Of a stretch of 64,000 nucleotides of DNA, positions 10,828 through 20,757 are shown piece after piece. A program made the position numbers and the translations under genes. The DNA is taken from contig OZ244999.1 in assembly GCA_965223265.1 (NCBI GenBank), positions 256,001 through 320,000 on the forward strand, given 5' to 3'. Every line of letters starts with the position of its first letter. Within the stretch, counting starts at the first letter, position 1. The notes beneath the pieces are model-generated. The model had not been told where the DNA came from, made no database searches, and saw only the letters and a list, made by a program, of their open reading frames with translations. The stretch is from Planctomycetota bacterium (GTDB taxonomy: Bacteria; Planctomycetota; UBA8108; SXIK01).

Positions 10828-12159
10828 CTACATACCCCAACCGTCTCGGTATTGCTTGCTGACGAAAAGGTTCGCCGCGCGGCAGTTGCTGACACGCATC
10901 GCCTCGGCATCCCATTCGATGCGATGACCCGCACGGATGGCGACGTTGCCGAGGAGAACCGTCTCGGTCAGACGGCTGGCGTAGTCGAAGTTTGACATCG
11001 CCGGCGGCCCACCCTTGCAGGCGTTGATCCACTCAAGATAGTGACCTGGGGATCTCGCTAGCGTCGGCGCTGGTCCTTCATATCCCTCGTACTTCTCCTT
11101 TGGCCACAGCTGGTAGAGTCGGCAGTGGCTGCTCGGAGCGTAGAGTTTTCCTTCGCGGCCGACCAGCAGCACGCCGTTGTTCGGTACCTTCTTCTCCTCT
11201 GGTAAGCCATCCAGGAGCTCGCGCGGCGGTTTGTTGTCACCGTCATACCAATAGACGACAGCGGGAGGCAGGTTGCCGCGTGCGGGGAACTCGTAACGAA
11301 TCGTGGCGGAACTCGGCGCCATCTCATCGGTGAGCCCGTTCACCGTCGCCTCGACCGCGGTTGGACACTCGAGCTTCATGGCCCAGTAGGGCAAATTCAG
11401 ATTGTGGCAGCCCATGTCGCCGAGCGCGCCTTGTCCGAAGTCCCACCAGCCGCGCCACGCGAACGGACAGTAGGCTTCGTGGTACGGGCGTTCGGCAGCG
11501 CAGCCAAGCCACAGATCCCACGCCAGGTGGTACGGGGGCGCCATCGGGGTGGCTGGTCGTGCGCCACCTTGCGGCCATATCGGCCGATCGGTCCACACGT
11601 GCGCTTCACGCACGATGCCGATGGCGCCCGAGTGGACGAGTTCGACTGCGCGCCGCATGGTGTCGTTGGACGTGCCTTGGTTTCCCATCTGTGTGGCGAC
11701 GCCTTGCTCCCGTGCCACGTCGCGCATGAGTCGGGCCTCCGCGACGGTGTGCGTGAGCGGCTTTTGGCAGTAGACGTGAAGGCCGAGACGCATCGCCGCG
11801 AGGCTGCTCGGGGCGTGCATGTGATCCGGCGTCGAGACGACCACAGCGTCGAGCTTCTCCTTGTCGAGCATGGCACGGTAATCGCGATACACCTTGGCCT
11901 GCGGGAACGCCCTGATGGTCGGCGCAGCGCGCTTGAGATCGACATCGCAAAGTGCGACGATGTTTTCGGTCTTGACGCCATGGGTGTCGCCACCGCCTTT
12001 GCCGCCGGCGCCGATTTTGCCGATGTTGAGTTTCTCGTTCGGTGACTGACTCGCCGCGGCGGCGGCCGTACCGGTACCAATCCAGACGCCGAAGCTCGTC
12101 GCGGCAGCATGTTTGATGAATTCGCGCCGGTGGGTGCGATGTGTTTTTAGAGACTTCAT
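10828..12159 (-). CDS. Gfo/Idh/MocA family oxidoreductase (Tat signal)
   Basis: HRREFIK; GKIGAGGKG; STPDHMH; YCQKPLTH; WRGWWDFGQGALGDMGCH. Confidence 0.93.
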   Translation of the reverse strand: MKSLKTHRTHRREFIKHAAATSFGVWIGTGTAAAAASQSPNEKLNIGKIGAGGKGGGDTHGVKTENIVALCDVDLKRAAPTIRAFPQAKVYRDYRAMLDKEKLDAVVVSTPDHMHAPSSLAAMRLGLHVYCQKPLTHTVAEARLMRDVAREQGVATQMGNQGTSNDTMRRAVELVHSGAIGIVREAHVWTDRPIWPQGGARPATPMAPPYHLAWDLWLGCAAERPYHEAYCPFAWRGWWDFGQGALGDMGCHNLNLPYWAMKLECPTAVEATVNGLTDEMAPSSATIRYEFPARGNLPPAVVYWYDGDNKPPRELLDGLPEEKKVPNNGVLLVGREGKLYAPSSHCRLYQLWPKEKYEGYEGPAPTLARSPGHYLEWINACKGGPPAMSNFDYASRLTETVLLGNVAIRAGHRIEWDAEAMRVSNCRAANLFVSKQYRDGWGM

Positions 12160-12241
12160 GTTCGGACACTCCGGGTGGGCGAGGCAAGCATGCGACAGGG
12201 CAGGCGCGCCACCTCAACCTGTCGACACGGCGGGCGGCGAC

Positions 12242-13555
12242 TCAGGCGAGGCTCCAAGGCGAACGGTAATCAACACGTTTGAGTAGCCGATCCGCCTCAG
12301 CGTCGCCGATCACGGTTTCAGTCTTTGGGTCCCACCGCAGTCGACGCTTGCCAAGCGCTTCGCTGACGAGTCCGAGATGGCCTGGGGTGATGGATCGATG
12401 GCCGATCTCCGCGGTGCAGATGCACGGCTTGCGCGTTTTGACGCCATCGAGGAAGTTGCGGTGGTGCTCGGGCGAGTGATACACCTTCACCGCACCGGCG
12501 TCAAAATCTTCGGCTGTCCAGCTCGGATTCGACGCCGCGAAGCGGCCACGCGAGACGAAGACCCAGCCATCCTCGCCGATCCATCGGCATCCGCGCTCGT
12601 GGTGGTTCGCGATGCTGATCGTGAGACCACCCGCGTACTTGCACCACACCTCATATTTCCATGCCGAATTGTAGACGGTTCGATCTTCGGGGTACTCGAA
12701 CGCCTTGGCCTGGACTTCGGCAGGTCCGCTGTCGTCAAGGTCTAGGCCCCAATGGGCGATGTCGTTGTGGTGGCCAATCCAGTCCATCAACTGGCCGCCG
12801 CCGTAGGCGAGGTGCCAGCGCCAGTGGAAATGAAACCGTGCCGGTATGAAGGGAAGCTTCGCGGCGGGGCCGCACCAAAAGTCGTAGTCGGCGTGCGCCG
12901 GAGGCTCTTGTGGTAGCGCGTCCTTCGGCTCGCCGTGCGGCTTCTGATGCCCGGTGGGCAGGCCGACCTCGACGTGCTTGATCCGACCTATGTGGCCGTT
13001 GCGCACGACTTCGACGGCGCGGCGAAACGTATCGCGCGACCGCTGCTGGCTGCCGACCTGAAAGATGATGTTGTTGCGTTTTGCCGCAGCGACCACAGCC
13101 TGGCCTTCGGCGAAGGTGTGAGTCATCGGCTTCTGGCAGTAGATGTCCTTCTTCGCATCGGCAGCCGCAACGCAGCAGATGGCGTGCCAATGGTCCGGCG
13201 TCGCGACGCAGACGGCGTCGAGGTCGCTGTGAGCGATGAGCTCGCGGTAGTCGCTGTAGGCCGCGCAGTCCTTCGGGCCGCCGTGTTTCGCGACTTCTTC
13301 GGCGCCTCTTTTGAGCTGTTCCTTGTCGACGTCGCAAACCGCGACGACTTGGGCATCCCCTTGCCGCAGAAAGCCGCGCGTGTTGCTGCGACCCATCCCA
13401 CCTGTGCCGACGACTCCAATCGTGACGCGTTCGCTGGGCGCTGCGGCCCCAGCTCGACCGAGAATCGACGACGGGACGAAGTAAGGCAAAGAAACTGCAC
13501 TGGCTGCACCAGCGACGAATCGGCGTCGCGTCAAGGTCTTTCGGCGTTCACTCAT
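12242..13555 (-). CDS. Gfo/Idh/MocA family oxidoreductase (Tat signal)
   Basis: LTRRRFV; GVVGTGGMG; ATPDHWH; YCQKPMT; FQVGSQQRS; GGQLMDWIGHHNDIA. Confidence 0.93.
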   Translation of the reverse strand: MSERRKTLTRRRFVAGAASAVSLPYFVPSSILGRAGAAAPSERVTIGVVGTGGMGRSNTRGFLRQGDAQVVAVCDVDKEQLKRGAEEVAKHGGPKDCAAYSDYRELIAHSDLDAVCVATPDHWHAICCVAAADAKKDIYCQKPMTHTFAEGQAVVAAAKRNNIIFQVGSQQRSRDTFRRAVEVVRNGHIGRIKHVEVGLPTGHQKPHGEPKDALPQEPPAHADYDFWCGPAAKLPFIPARFHFHWRWHLAYGGGQLMDWIGHHNDIAHWGLDLDDSGPAEVQAKAFEYPEDRTVYNSAWKYEVWCKYAGGLTISIANHHERGCRWIGEDGWVFVSRGRFAASNPSWTAEDFDAGAVKVYHSPEHHRNFLDGVKTRKPCICTAEIGHRSITPGHLGLVSEALGKRRLRWDPKTETVIGDAEADRLLKRVDYRSPWSLA

Positions 13556-13962
13556 GGCTGTACCTGCGGATCATTTGAATCTTCCAATTCTCCGCCCGCA
13601 TTCACTGCGGTGCGAGCGTGAGCGGTCGACGCGTTCAGTCTAACCAAGCCCGAAATCGAATGCGAACCCTAACGACGAGGACGAAGTCGCAGTGAGATGT
13701 GAAGTGAGAACGAGCAGGGGGGCTCTTCGGAGTTTGCGTGATCTACCATTGGAAGCTGTTGGCTGGTAGGTGAGATCGACCCGCTGACGGCGCGACTCGT
13801 TGATCGATCCGCCATTCAACCGCGGCGCCTGGTGGCGTGCGACTTCAACTGGCGGATCGAAGAGGTTAAGCTCTTGGGGTTTGCCGTTGGTTAGCTTCGT
13901 TCAACATTGCTCCTCGGGGCGCGTGTGTGGGCAGTGCGTCCGAGGATGCTGGGAAACAGAAC

Positions 13963-15063
13963 ATGTCGACTTTGCAGATCAGACCACAGGCCGAGTGTCG
14001 TTGGGACGCGGTCGCACTCGGCGAAATCATGCTTCGTTTTGACCCCGGTGACCAAAGAGTCCATACGACGAGGCAGTTTCGTGTTTGGGAAGGTGGCGGA
14101 GAGTACAATGTCGTTCGCGGGCTTAGGCGTGCATTCGGCCTCCGCACCGCCGTCGTTACCGCGATTGTCGACAACGCCGTTGGGCGGCTCCTGGAGGATC
14201 TCATTCTGCAGGGCGGTGTTGATCTGCGTCATGCCAAGTGGGTCGCGTTCGACGGCGCTGGCAGGTCGGCCAGAAATGGTCTCAACTTCGTCGAGAGGGG
14301 CTTCGGCGTCCGCGGTGCTTCGGGCACCAGTGATCGGGGCCACACCGCGGTCAGTCAACTGAAACCGGGCGATATCGACTGGGAACGTCTCTTCAAGCAG
14401 GAAGGTGTGCGCTGGTTTCACTGCGGCGGGATCTTCTCTGCGCTGGGTGAACACACTCCAGGCGTCGCCCTCGAGGCGATGGAGTGCGCCAAGGCAAACG
14501 GCACGGTGGTCAGCTACGATCTTAACTATCGACCGAGCCTCTGGCAGAGTTTCGGCGGGCCGCAGCGCGCGCAGGAGGTCAACCGCCGCATCGCTGGCCT
14601 GGTCGATGTCATGCTCGGGAACGAAGAGGACTTCACGACGGCCCTCGGATTCCACGTCAAAGGACTCGACCAGAACCTATCGAAGCTCGACCCGGCCAAC
14701 TTCAAGGCGATGATTGAACAGGTCGTTGAGACGTTTCCAAACTTCAAGGTTGTCGGCACGACGCTGCGCTCTGTGAAGTCGGCTGGCGTCAACGATTGGG
14801 GGGCGATCATCTACGCCGACGGCGCGTTTCACCGCGCACAGGAGCGGACCGACCTTGAGATCTTCGATCGCGTCGGCGGTGGTGATTCGTTCGCGTCGGG
14901 TCTGGCGTATGCGTTTCTTTCCGGCAAGACCTCGGCGGAGGCGGTCGAGTACGGTGCGGCGCACGGCGCTTTGGCGATGACGACGCCGGGCGACACGTCG
15001 ACGGCGAGTCTGAAGGAAGTCGAAAAGCTCGTTGCCGGCGGCGGCGCCCGCGTCGATCGCTAG
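13963..15063 (+). CDS. kdgK: PfkB family sugar kinase, probable 2-keto-3-deoxygluconate kinase
   Basis: LGEIMLRFDP, GGGEYNV, YDLNYRPSLW, GNEEDF, PfkB signature DRVGGGDSFASG. Start set at ATG 13963 (MSTLQ). Confidence 0.8.
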   Translation: MSTLQIRPQAECRWDAVALGEIMLRFDPGDQRVHTTRQFRVWEGGGEYNVVRGLRRAFGLRTAVVTAIVDNAVGRLLEDLILQGGVDLRHAKWVAFDGAGRSARNGLNFVERGFGVRGASGTSDRGHTAVSQLKPGDIDWERLFKQEGVRWFHCGGIFSALGEHTPGVALEAMECAKANGTVVSYDLNYRPSLWQSFGGPQRAQEVNRRIAGLVDVMLGNEEDFTTALGFHVKGLDQNLSKLDPANFKAMIEQVVETFPNFKVVGTTLRSVKSAGVNDWGAIIYADGAFHRAQERTDLEIFDRVGGGDSFASGLAYAFLSGKTSAEAVEYGAAHGALAMTTPGDTSTASLKEVEKLVAGGGARVDR

Positions 15064-15135
15064 CGCTAGCGATACGGACGCGTTGCGCGGCCTAACTTCA
15101 GCTGCTTGCCAGTGCGAACCGAGTGGCGGTTATGT

Positions 15136-15846
15136 CTAAGCCCTCGGAGCTGCTGTCTGCTGCAAGATGTCAGGCCCACGGCTCACCGTGAAGAGACCGA
15201 TACGGTACTTCCAGTAGTTGCCAGCGAACCAGCCGCTGAGCCCGGTCTTTTCCGGCGGCTCGACGTGTCCTTGCGCTGACCAGCGGGCACGGTCAGCTGC
15301 GCGCCGCAGCTCCCGACGCGGATTGGTGAACTCCCAGCCTAAGAGTCCGAAGAGGTTGAAGTCGCGGTTCGGAAAGAGGTCGCACTGCAGTGGCGACTCG
15401 AATCCGAGGATGAGGCGGCCCCAGTCCTTGTACCGCTCGGTGCCGACGTCGACGTCGATTTCGGACTCCGTCCCTGCTCGCGAAATTCGCAGCCGTACGG
15501 TGTCTCCAGGCGCGCGCGCGTCGATGGCGTCGTAGAAATCCGTTGCCGACGTGACGTCGACACCATCGACGGCGAATACGAGATCTCCCGAGCGAATGCC
15601 GGCGGTCGCGGCCGGCGTCGCGTCGAAGACCTGACGCACGAGGACCGCACGGCTTCGCGTCTGTGAAATCTCATTTGGTAGCTCTCCCTTGAGTTTGTGG
15701 GAACGCGGAGCCCACGAGCAGTGCGTTTTCAAGTCAGCGTAGTCACCGCCAATCCAGCCGCGTTCTCGAGGTGGGGTTGTCGTGCAGCCGAAGATCGCGA
15801 AGATGAGAGGCGGGGCCAGGGCGGCGAGGTGAAAGCGATTCTTCAC
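15136..15846 (-). CDS. PDZ-domain lipoprotein
   Basis: GTG at 15846 preceded by AAAGGA; signal KNRFHLAALAPPLIFAIFG-C (lipobox); PDZ pattern VRQVFDATPAATAGIRSGDLVFAVDG...PGDTVRLRISRAG. No protease domain seen. Confidence 0.8.
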   Translation of the reverse strand: MKNRFHLAALAPPLIFAIFGCTTTPPRERGWIGGDYADLKTHCSWAPRSHKLKGELPNEISQTRSRAVLVRQVFDATPAATAGIRSGDLVFAVDGVDVTSATDFYDAIDARAPGDTVRLRISRAGTESEIDVDVGTERYKDWGRLILGFESPLQCDLFPNRDFNLFGLLGWEFTNPRRELRRAADRARWSAQGHVEPPEKTGLSGWFAGNYWKYRIGLFTVSRGPDILQQTAAPRA

Positions 15847-15861
15847 GACGGAATCCTTTCT

Positions 15862-15875
15862 ACTACAAATGTAGT
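15862..15875. promoter_or_regulatory. BlaI/MecI/CopY-type operator (copy 2) upstream of the PDZ lipoprotein gene
   Basis: Palindrome ACTAC-AAAT-GTAGT containing TACA-N2-TGTA; shares [19 protein letters not shown] with the site at 17551. Confidence 0.8.
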
Positions 15876-15900
15876 TTTTGCGGGAAAAAAAACGAAACAT

Positions 15901-17061
15901 TCAATCGTCATCATGGCGATGGATCTGCGCCGTACGGGTGCGCGAGGTCATTTTGCGGAGGACGGAGTTTGGGCAAAACGAGGTGCGCGACATCAGCTCG
16001 AGGAGCGCTGAGTTCGGGCACAGCGTCAGCACCAACTTGCCGCAGTGTGACGGCGGGGGCGCATCTCGCATCGAGCGCACGTCGACTGCGTTGTTCCACT
16101 TCGGCGGCGCCGACGGCACGATCGGGACCACAAAGAGAAAAAGCACCACTTTGACAAGCCATGCGAGCGGGCGAGGCTTGACGCCGATCGTTGTGAGGTG
16201 GTGGAGGCGCCGCTCCATGCGCTTCCGACTGCCGGAAATCATGGCGACGCCGCCGTCGGGGCTTAAAGCCGGGGCGCTGCTGTGGAGCTTGAGCAAGCTC
16301 GACGCCAGGCCTCGACGCCGGCCTCCCAGGTGTGCACACACCTCGCGATCTCGCAGTTTCTCGATCTCTTCCGCCCAGCCGTGGATCAACCGCTTCAGTG
16401 GCACGTGGAAAAAGAGAACGGCGCTCAGGCAGCGAAGGGCGACGTGGAAGATCACGTCGCGGTGCCGGACATGGTAGAGCTCGTGCGCGACGACGGCATC
16501 GAGCTCGTCGCTCGTCAGCAGCGCGAACGTCGACGCAGACACCACGAGCTTTGGGTGCCAAACGCCTGTCACGAAGGGCGAAATGACGCGGCTGGTTCGT
16601 AGAACGACGATCGTGGGCGATCGTACTCCCAGCTGCGCTGCCAGGCGTCGCACGCGGTTGCGAAAGTCGCGCTCACGACCGTCTCTCGTATCATCGATCC
16701 GCTCGATGGCGGACAGCATGCGATGGAGTCGAACGCTGCGGCGCGCGTAGACGAGAAGCAGCGTCGTGCCAAGAGTCACGAACAGGCCCGCAGCTGCGAG
16801 GTCGATGGCTCGTAGGATCGGCAAGAGATCGGCGTGGCGAGTATCCGGGTAGAGCATGAATCGAAGGTGGATCCATGTCGCCGGTGAGATGAAGAAGAGA
16901 GCCGCAAGGCAGTGGCCGATGGCTAGTGCGTAGAGGCCGGCTCGAATCCGGGGCGAGCGCAGGCGGACGACGCGGAACAGGACCGCCAGCAGGGCGAGGT
17001 CGCTGAGTCCGATCAGAAACGAATTCAGGAGTGGCGCACTAAGGAACGGCGACTGGCTCAT
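15901..17061 (-). CDS. BlaR1/MecR1-like M56 family membrane metallopeptidase
   Basis: Several TM helices; SPFVTGVWHPKLVV, AVVAHELYHVRHRD (HExxH), EKLRDREV, ERRL. Overlaps the upstream blaI-like gene by 4 bp. No penicillin-binding domain. Confidence 0.9.
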   Translation of the reverse strand: MSQSPFLSAPLLNSFLIGLSDLALLAVLFRVVRLRSPRIRAGLYALAIGHCLAALFFISPATWIHLRFMLYPDTRHADLLPILRAIDLAAAGLFVTLGTTLLLVYARRSVRLHRMLSAIERIDDTRDGRERDFRNRVRRLAAQLGVRSPTIVVLRTSRVISPFVTGVWHPKLVVSASTFALLTSDELDAVVAHELYHVRHRDVIFHVALRCLSAVLFFHVPLKRLIHGWAEEIEKLRDREVCAHLGGRRRGLASSLLKLHSSAPALSPDGGVAMISGSRKRMERRLHHLTTIGVKPRPLAWLVKVVLFLFVVPIVPSAPPKWNNAVDVRSMRDAPPPSHCGKLVLTLCPNSALLELMSRTSFCPNSVLRKMTSRTRTAQIHRHDDD

Positions 17062-17486
17062 TCCGCGTTTTCTTCGTCCGACTCTTGCAGCTGCTCAAGA
17101 ATCTTTTCTAACTGTGCGGCCTTCTTCGTTGAGATTTTCTTACTGAGCGCTCCGCGGTGCATGCCGAGAAAACCGGTGATGGCGGCCGGCACCGAGCCAC
17201 CGAAGAACTGATCGACGACGACCTGCATGTAGCGATCGGACATCTCCTCGCGGCTCACCCGCGGTTGGAATCCGTGCGTTCGTCCGTCGCGCGCGTAGCG
17301 GCGCAGGAGTCTCTTTTGGGTGAGCCGATTCATGATCGTCATGATCGTGTTGTGGTGGAGACTGCGCTGCGGTCGCAACTGCTCGACGACTTCGGCAACC
17401 GTCGCGTCGCCGAGCTCCCAAACGGCTCGCATGACTTCGATCTCGAGAGGCCCCAGGAGCTGAGGCGCGTTGGCTCGCTTATTCAT
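17058..17486 (-). CDS. BlaI/MecI/CopY family transcriptional repressor
   Basis: LGPLEIEVMRAVWELGDATVAEVVEQL...HNTIMTIMNRLTQKRLL...FFGGS. Confidence 0.92.
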   Translation of the reverse strand: MNKRANAPQLLGPLEIEVMRAVWELGDATVAEVVEQLRPQRSLHHNTIMTIMNRLTQKRLLRRYARDGRTHGFQPRVSREEMSDRYMQVVVDQFFGGSVPAAITGFLGMHRGALSKKISTKKAAQLEKILEQLQESDEENAE

Positions 17487-17545
17487 GGCGTGCGTGCCGA
17501 ACTCACACTTGGATCTTGAGGTTCGCCCACGGTGTGCGTGGTCGA

Positions 17546-17574
17546 TTTCTACTACGAATGTAGTGAGTTGTCAA
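17546..17574 (-). promoter_or_regulatory. sigma70-type promoter of the blaI-like gene with operator (17551-17564) in the spacer
   Basis: Minus strand TTGACA-17 nt-TAGAAA; the palindrome ACTAC-GAAT-GTAGT lies between the -35 and -10 boxes. Confidence 0.82.
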
Positions 17575-17613
17575 GGTGCTAATCGGTGAACGAATTCCTC
17601 CACGCCGGACTCG

Positions 17614-20607
17614 TCACTTCAGCGACACGAGATACGCGAGCAGGTCGGCTGCTTCCTGTGCGGTCATGTCGCGCAGCAGGAGCTCTGGCATGAGCGACTG
17701 CGGCTGTGCCTCCATGGCGGCGACTTCAGCAGCTGGTATGGCGATGGACTTCTTCTCCACGGTTTTCAAGATCACTTCGCTCGAGGTTTTCTTAACGAGG
17801 AGCCCGCTCTCAACGTCCCCCTTCGTCGTCACGACGACATAGGTTGCGTGTTCGGGAGCGACTTTTGCGGACGGCTTGAGAATGTGGGTCAACAGCTCCG
17901 CGCGCGGATAGCGCTTGCCGACATCCTTCAAGTCTGGACCTAACGACTCGCCTGCTCCTGCGATCGGATGGCAGGTGCGGCATCGCGCTGCGTCGCTGAA
18001 GTAGATCAACTGACCGCGGGAGGTGTCGCCCTGGCGCGAGAGAATTGTCGCCGGATCGATGTCGTGACCGAGTCGTGTGCGTCGCTGCGCCGGGTCGACG
18101 AATGTCTCGAAGAGGCCGGCGACGTCCGTCGGCCGTGACGACTGGCTCGAAGCGACGATGCGATGGCGGAAGCCGTCGTCGAAGGAGTCACCGTGCAGTG
18201 AATACGCGAGCGCGAGCGAGCCACGCGTCGAGCTGAGCAGATGGTCTGCCGCCGCCAACTTGGCGTCCGCGTCGCCGTCACCGCGCAGCGTGCGAAGCGC
18301 CGCCGCGTCGGAAGTGGACACCCATGGTCCTGGGCGACCCGATGGCTCCATCGACGCGATCCAGTCGCGGATGAGACGAAACCCACGGCGGTCGACAACG
18401 CGCGAACCGATGTGCGGCATGCGGGCGTAACCAAGCTTGCCCATGCGATAGAGCATAATCGACCCGTACGGATCACCCGGTGAGAGAACCTGTGGTTCGC
18501 GCACACCAAACGTGCCCACGCGCGGATGCTTCAGCGTGTCGGTCTGCGCCAGGCTGAAGGATCGTCGCAGATAGATCGAGATCGTCGAGTCGCCGCCGGA
18601 ATTGTGGCAGACACCGCAGTTGACGTGCAAATACGATCGCGCCCGCTCCTCGAGGTCTGTGCTCGAGTCGTGCGGATCGACGAGTCGGATCGACGGCTTG
18701 GACACCACTTGCGCGGCAGCCTCGCTGAAGACTCCTTGGTTGACTAACTCGTCGAGCTGGTTCGGTCGTCCGGAACCGCCCGCTGGCGCCGCGGCGTTTA
18801 GCTGTGCCGGCTCGAAACCGAGCAAGACGCCGCCGGGTACGTTGTGACAAAGATGGCACTCGCTGCGTCCGGCGAAGCGCCAGCTGCGCTCCGTGCTGCC
18901 GCTTGGGGCGTTCGGTTCACGCAGCCGCAGCGGCTCGTCGCGGCCGACCGCATCGACGAGGAGCGCGTCGGTTTGCGTCTCATTCCATGCGTACGTATAC
19001 GGGCGCCAAACGTTTTCCTCGTAGTGGAGGATCTGCGTCTCGACGCGACGTTTGGCGGCGCCCTCGTGGGTGTCAAGGAGGAGCGTCTTGACGAGCACGG
19101 TTCCTGTCGGAAATTCCCAAGCGCTACGCGCTCCAGGTTCCGCCGTCGGGGCGGCATTGATCGTCGTGTCACCTGGAAGCGCAAGGTGGCGGACAGCAGT
19201 GGCCCCGTCCATCCATGGTCGCGCGACGATATTGTACGGCACGACGCCAGCGGCTGGTGTCATGTCGGCGATCGATGCGAAAAGCCCAGTCTCACTGAGC
19301 CGCCGTGGAAAGTCCGCCACTTGCTGCTGCGGCGGCCGCGGCTCCAGTCGATAGAGCCTGCCGGTGTGATCGTGATCGAGCACGTAGATCTCACCGTCCG
19401 CGCCTTCGGCGAATGCGATGATGCGCAGGTCGCTGTCGGTCAGCTCGCGGTGATCAAAAGTGCCGCCGCTGGCGCGCCGAATCGACCAAATGGTCCCGGT
19501 GACGTAGTCGCCGTAGAGAAAAGAGCCTCTGAGCTCAGGGAACGCATGTCCTCGGTAGACAATTCCCCCGGTGACAGAGTTAGCCTCTGAGCGCGGGTGA
19601 TCCTTAACCGGTGGCAGGATGGGCGTCGGCCCTCGCTCGACATCGCTTCGCTGTGGCATGCGCCCTTCCATGACGCTCCAGCCATAGTTGCCGCCGCGTT
19701 CGATGAGGTGCACCATCTCCCAGGTTTCCCAGCCGACGTCGCACAGCCACAGGTCGCCGCGGTCGGGATCGAACGCCATCTTCCACGGGTTGCGGAGGCC
19801 GTACGCCCACACTTCCGGTCGCGCACCTGGAAACTCGCGGAAAGGGTTGTCAGCTGGAATGCTGTAGTTCTTGCCGGGGTCGCGCTGGCGCAAGTCGATG
19901 CGCAACACGGAGCCGAGGAGATTGGTGACGTCTTGCGCCGCCTTCTTCGAGTCCGGTGGGTTGGGACCTGTTCCGTCACCCGTCGAGACGTAGAGCGTGC
20001 CGTCAGGCGCGAAGCGAAGGCAGCCACCGTTGTGACCACCTGTAGGCCACGTCAGGATCACGGTTTCACTTTCCGCGTAGAGTCGAAGCGGCATCTCCGG
20101 CGCCGCCACGAATCGCGACAAGCGGGTGATCGGCTCCTTGGGATGAACATACGACACATAGACATACCCATTGCTTTGAAAGGCCGGGTCGAACGTCAGA
20201 TCGAAGAGTCGGAGATCCTCGCCGTAGGGCTCAGGGGCGAGTCTGGCGTTGAGGTCGAGGACGAGATGCCTTGGCACCGCGTCGGATCCACCCTGTGGAT
20301 GTGTTGGCACCGTATAGATTCGGCCGCCGATTTCACCGACGACGAGCCAATCGCGACTTGGTACCTGCGCGACGCACGTTGGCCCCGTAAACGGCGCGTA
20401 CCGTGGCAATGGCGCAACTCGAAAAGGTGAAGGGGGCTCTGGCGTACCGCGGACTCGCGATGCGGTCCAAGACGGGCGTTTTGCCTTTTGCGGCGCAGCA
20501 GCAGACGCCGAACCAGCCATCGAATAAAGCGTGAGACTCGTCGCGATCAGAGCCGTTGCGCTGCGGCGCCATGTGCGGGCGCGGAACTTGACGCGGGGTT
20601 TGTGCAT
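17614..20607 (-). CDS. Exported PQQ-dependent sugar dehydrogenase-like (GSDH beta-propeller) protein with c-type heme domains
   Basis: GHNGGCLRFAPDGTLYVSTGDG, WAYGLRNPWKMAFD, DVG..WEMV, GGNYGWS; three CxxCH motifs (CHLCH, CGVCH, CRTCH). Start at ATG 20607 with AAGGA RBS; track start is 20694. Confidence 0.85.
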   Translation of the reverse strand: MHKPRVKFRARTWRRSATALIATSLTLYSMAGSASAAAPQKAKRPSWTASRVRGTPEPPSPFRVAPLPRYAPFTGPTCVAQVPSRDWLVVGEIGGRIYTVPTHPQGGSDAVPRHLVLDLNARLAPEPYGEDLRLFDLTFDPAFQSNGYVYVSYVHPKEPITRLSRFVAAPEMPLRLYAESETVILTWPTGGHNGGCLRFAPDGTLYVSTGDGTGPNPPDSKKAAQDVTNLLGSVLRIDLRQRDPGKNYSIPADNPFREFPGARPEVWAYGLRNPWKMAFDPDRGDLWLCDVGWETWEMVHLIERGGNYGWSVMEGRMPQRSDVERGPTPILPPVKDHPRSEANSVTGGIVYRGHAFPELRGSFLYGDYVTGTIWSIRRASGGTFDHRELTDSDLRIIAFAEGADGEIYVLDHDHTGRLYRLEPRPPQQQVADFPRRLSETGLFASIADMTPAAGVVPYNIVARPWMDGATAVRHLALPGDTTINAAPTAEPGARSAWEFPTGTVLVKTLLLDTHEGAAKRRVETQILHYEENVWRPYTYAWNETQTDALLVDAVGRDEPLRLREPNAPSGSTERSWRFAGRSECHLCHNVPGGVLLGFEPAQLNAAAPAGGSGRPNQLDELVNQGVFSEAAAQVVSKPSIRLVDPHDSSTDLEERARSYLHVNCGVCHNSGGDSTISIYLRRSFSLAQTDTLKHPRVGTFGVREPQVLSPGDPYGSIMLYRMGKLGYARMPHIGSRVVDRRGFRLIRDWIASMEPSGRPGPWVSTSDAAALRTLRGDGDADAKLAAADHLLSSTRGSLALAYSLHGDSFDDGFRHRIVASSQSSRPTDVAGLFETFVDPAQRRTRLGHDIDPATILSRQGDTSRGQLIYFSDAARCRTCHPIAGAGESLGPDLKDVGKRYPRAELLTHILKPSAKVAPEHATYVVVTTKGDVESGLLVKKTSSEVILKTVEKKSIAIPAAEVAAMEAQPQSLMPELLLRDMTAQEAADLLAYLVSLK

Positions 20608-20757
20608 GCTGTGAGAGTCCTTATTCAAATCGTCAATCAAGATCGCGCCCATCATAGCCGCAATCGCGACGACGCGGCGTGACTTTTCGGGCACGCGGCA
20701 CGAGCGGGTTTGTGTCGCGTCGATCTTCGGCGCGCAGGCGAAGCGCCTTTGAATTGT

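Noticed and set aside
15847-15900. Track N-terminal extension of the PDZ gene (MFRFFSRKNY...)
   Set aside because: It spans the operator and RBS; the GTG at 15846 gives a proper lipoprotein signal.
15901-17486. Beta-lactam resistance locus (blaR1/blaI)
   Set aside because: No beta-lactamase or PBP gene nearby and no penicillin-binding sensor domain, so gene symbols were not assigned.
19597-20430. 277-aa plus-strand ORF, and similar long antisense ORFs such as 3104..3784, 12935..13621, 13891..14655, 25148..25831 and 47982..48704
   Set aside because: They overlap confident genes on the opposite strand; long shadow ORFs are expected in GC-rich DNA.
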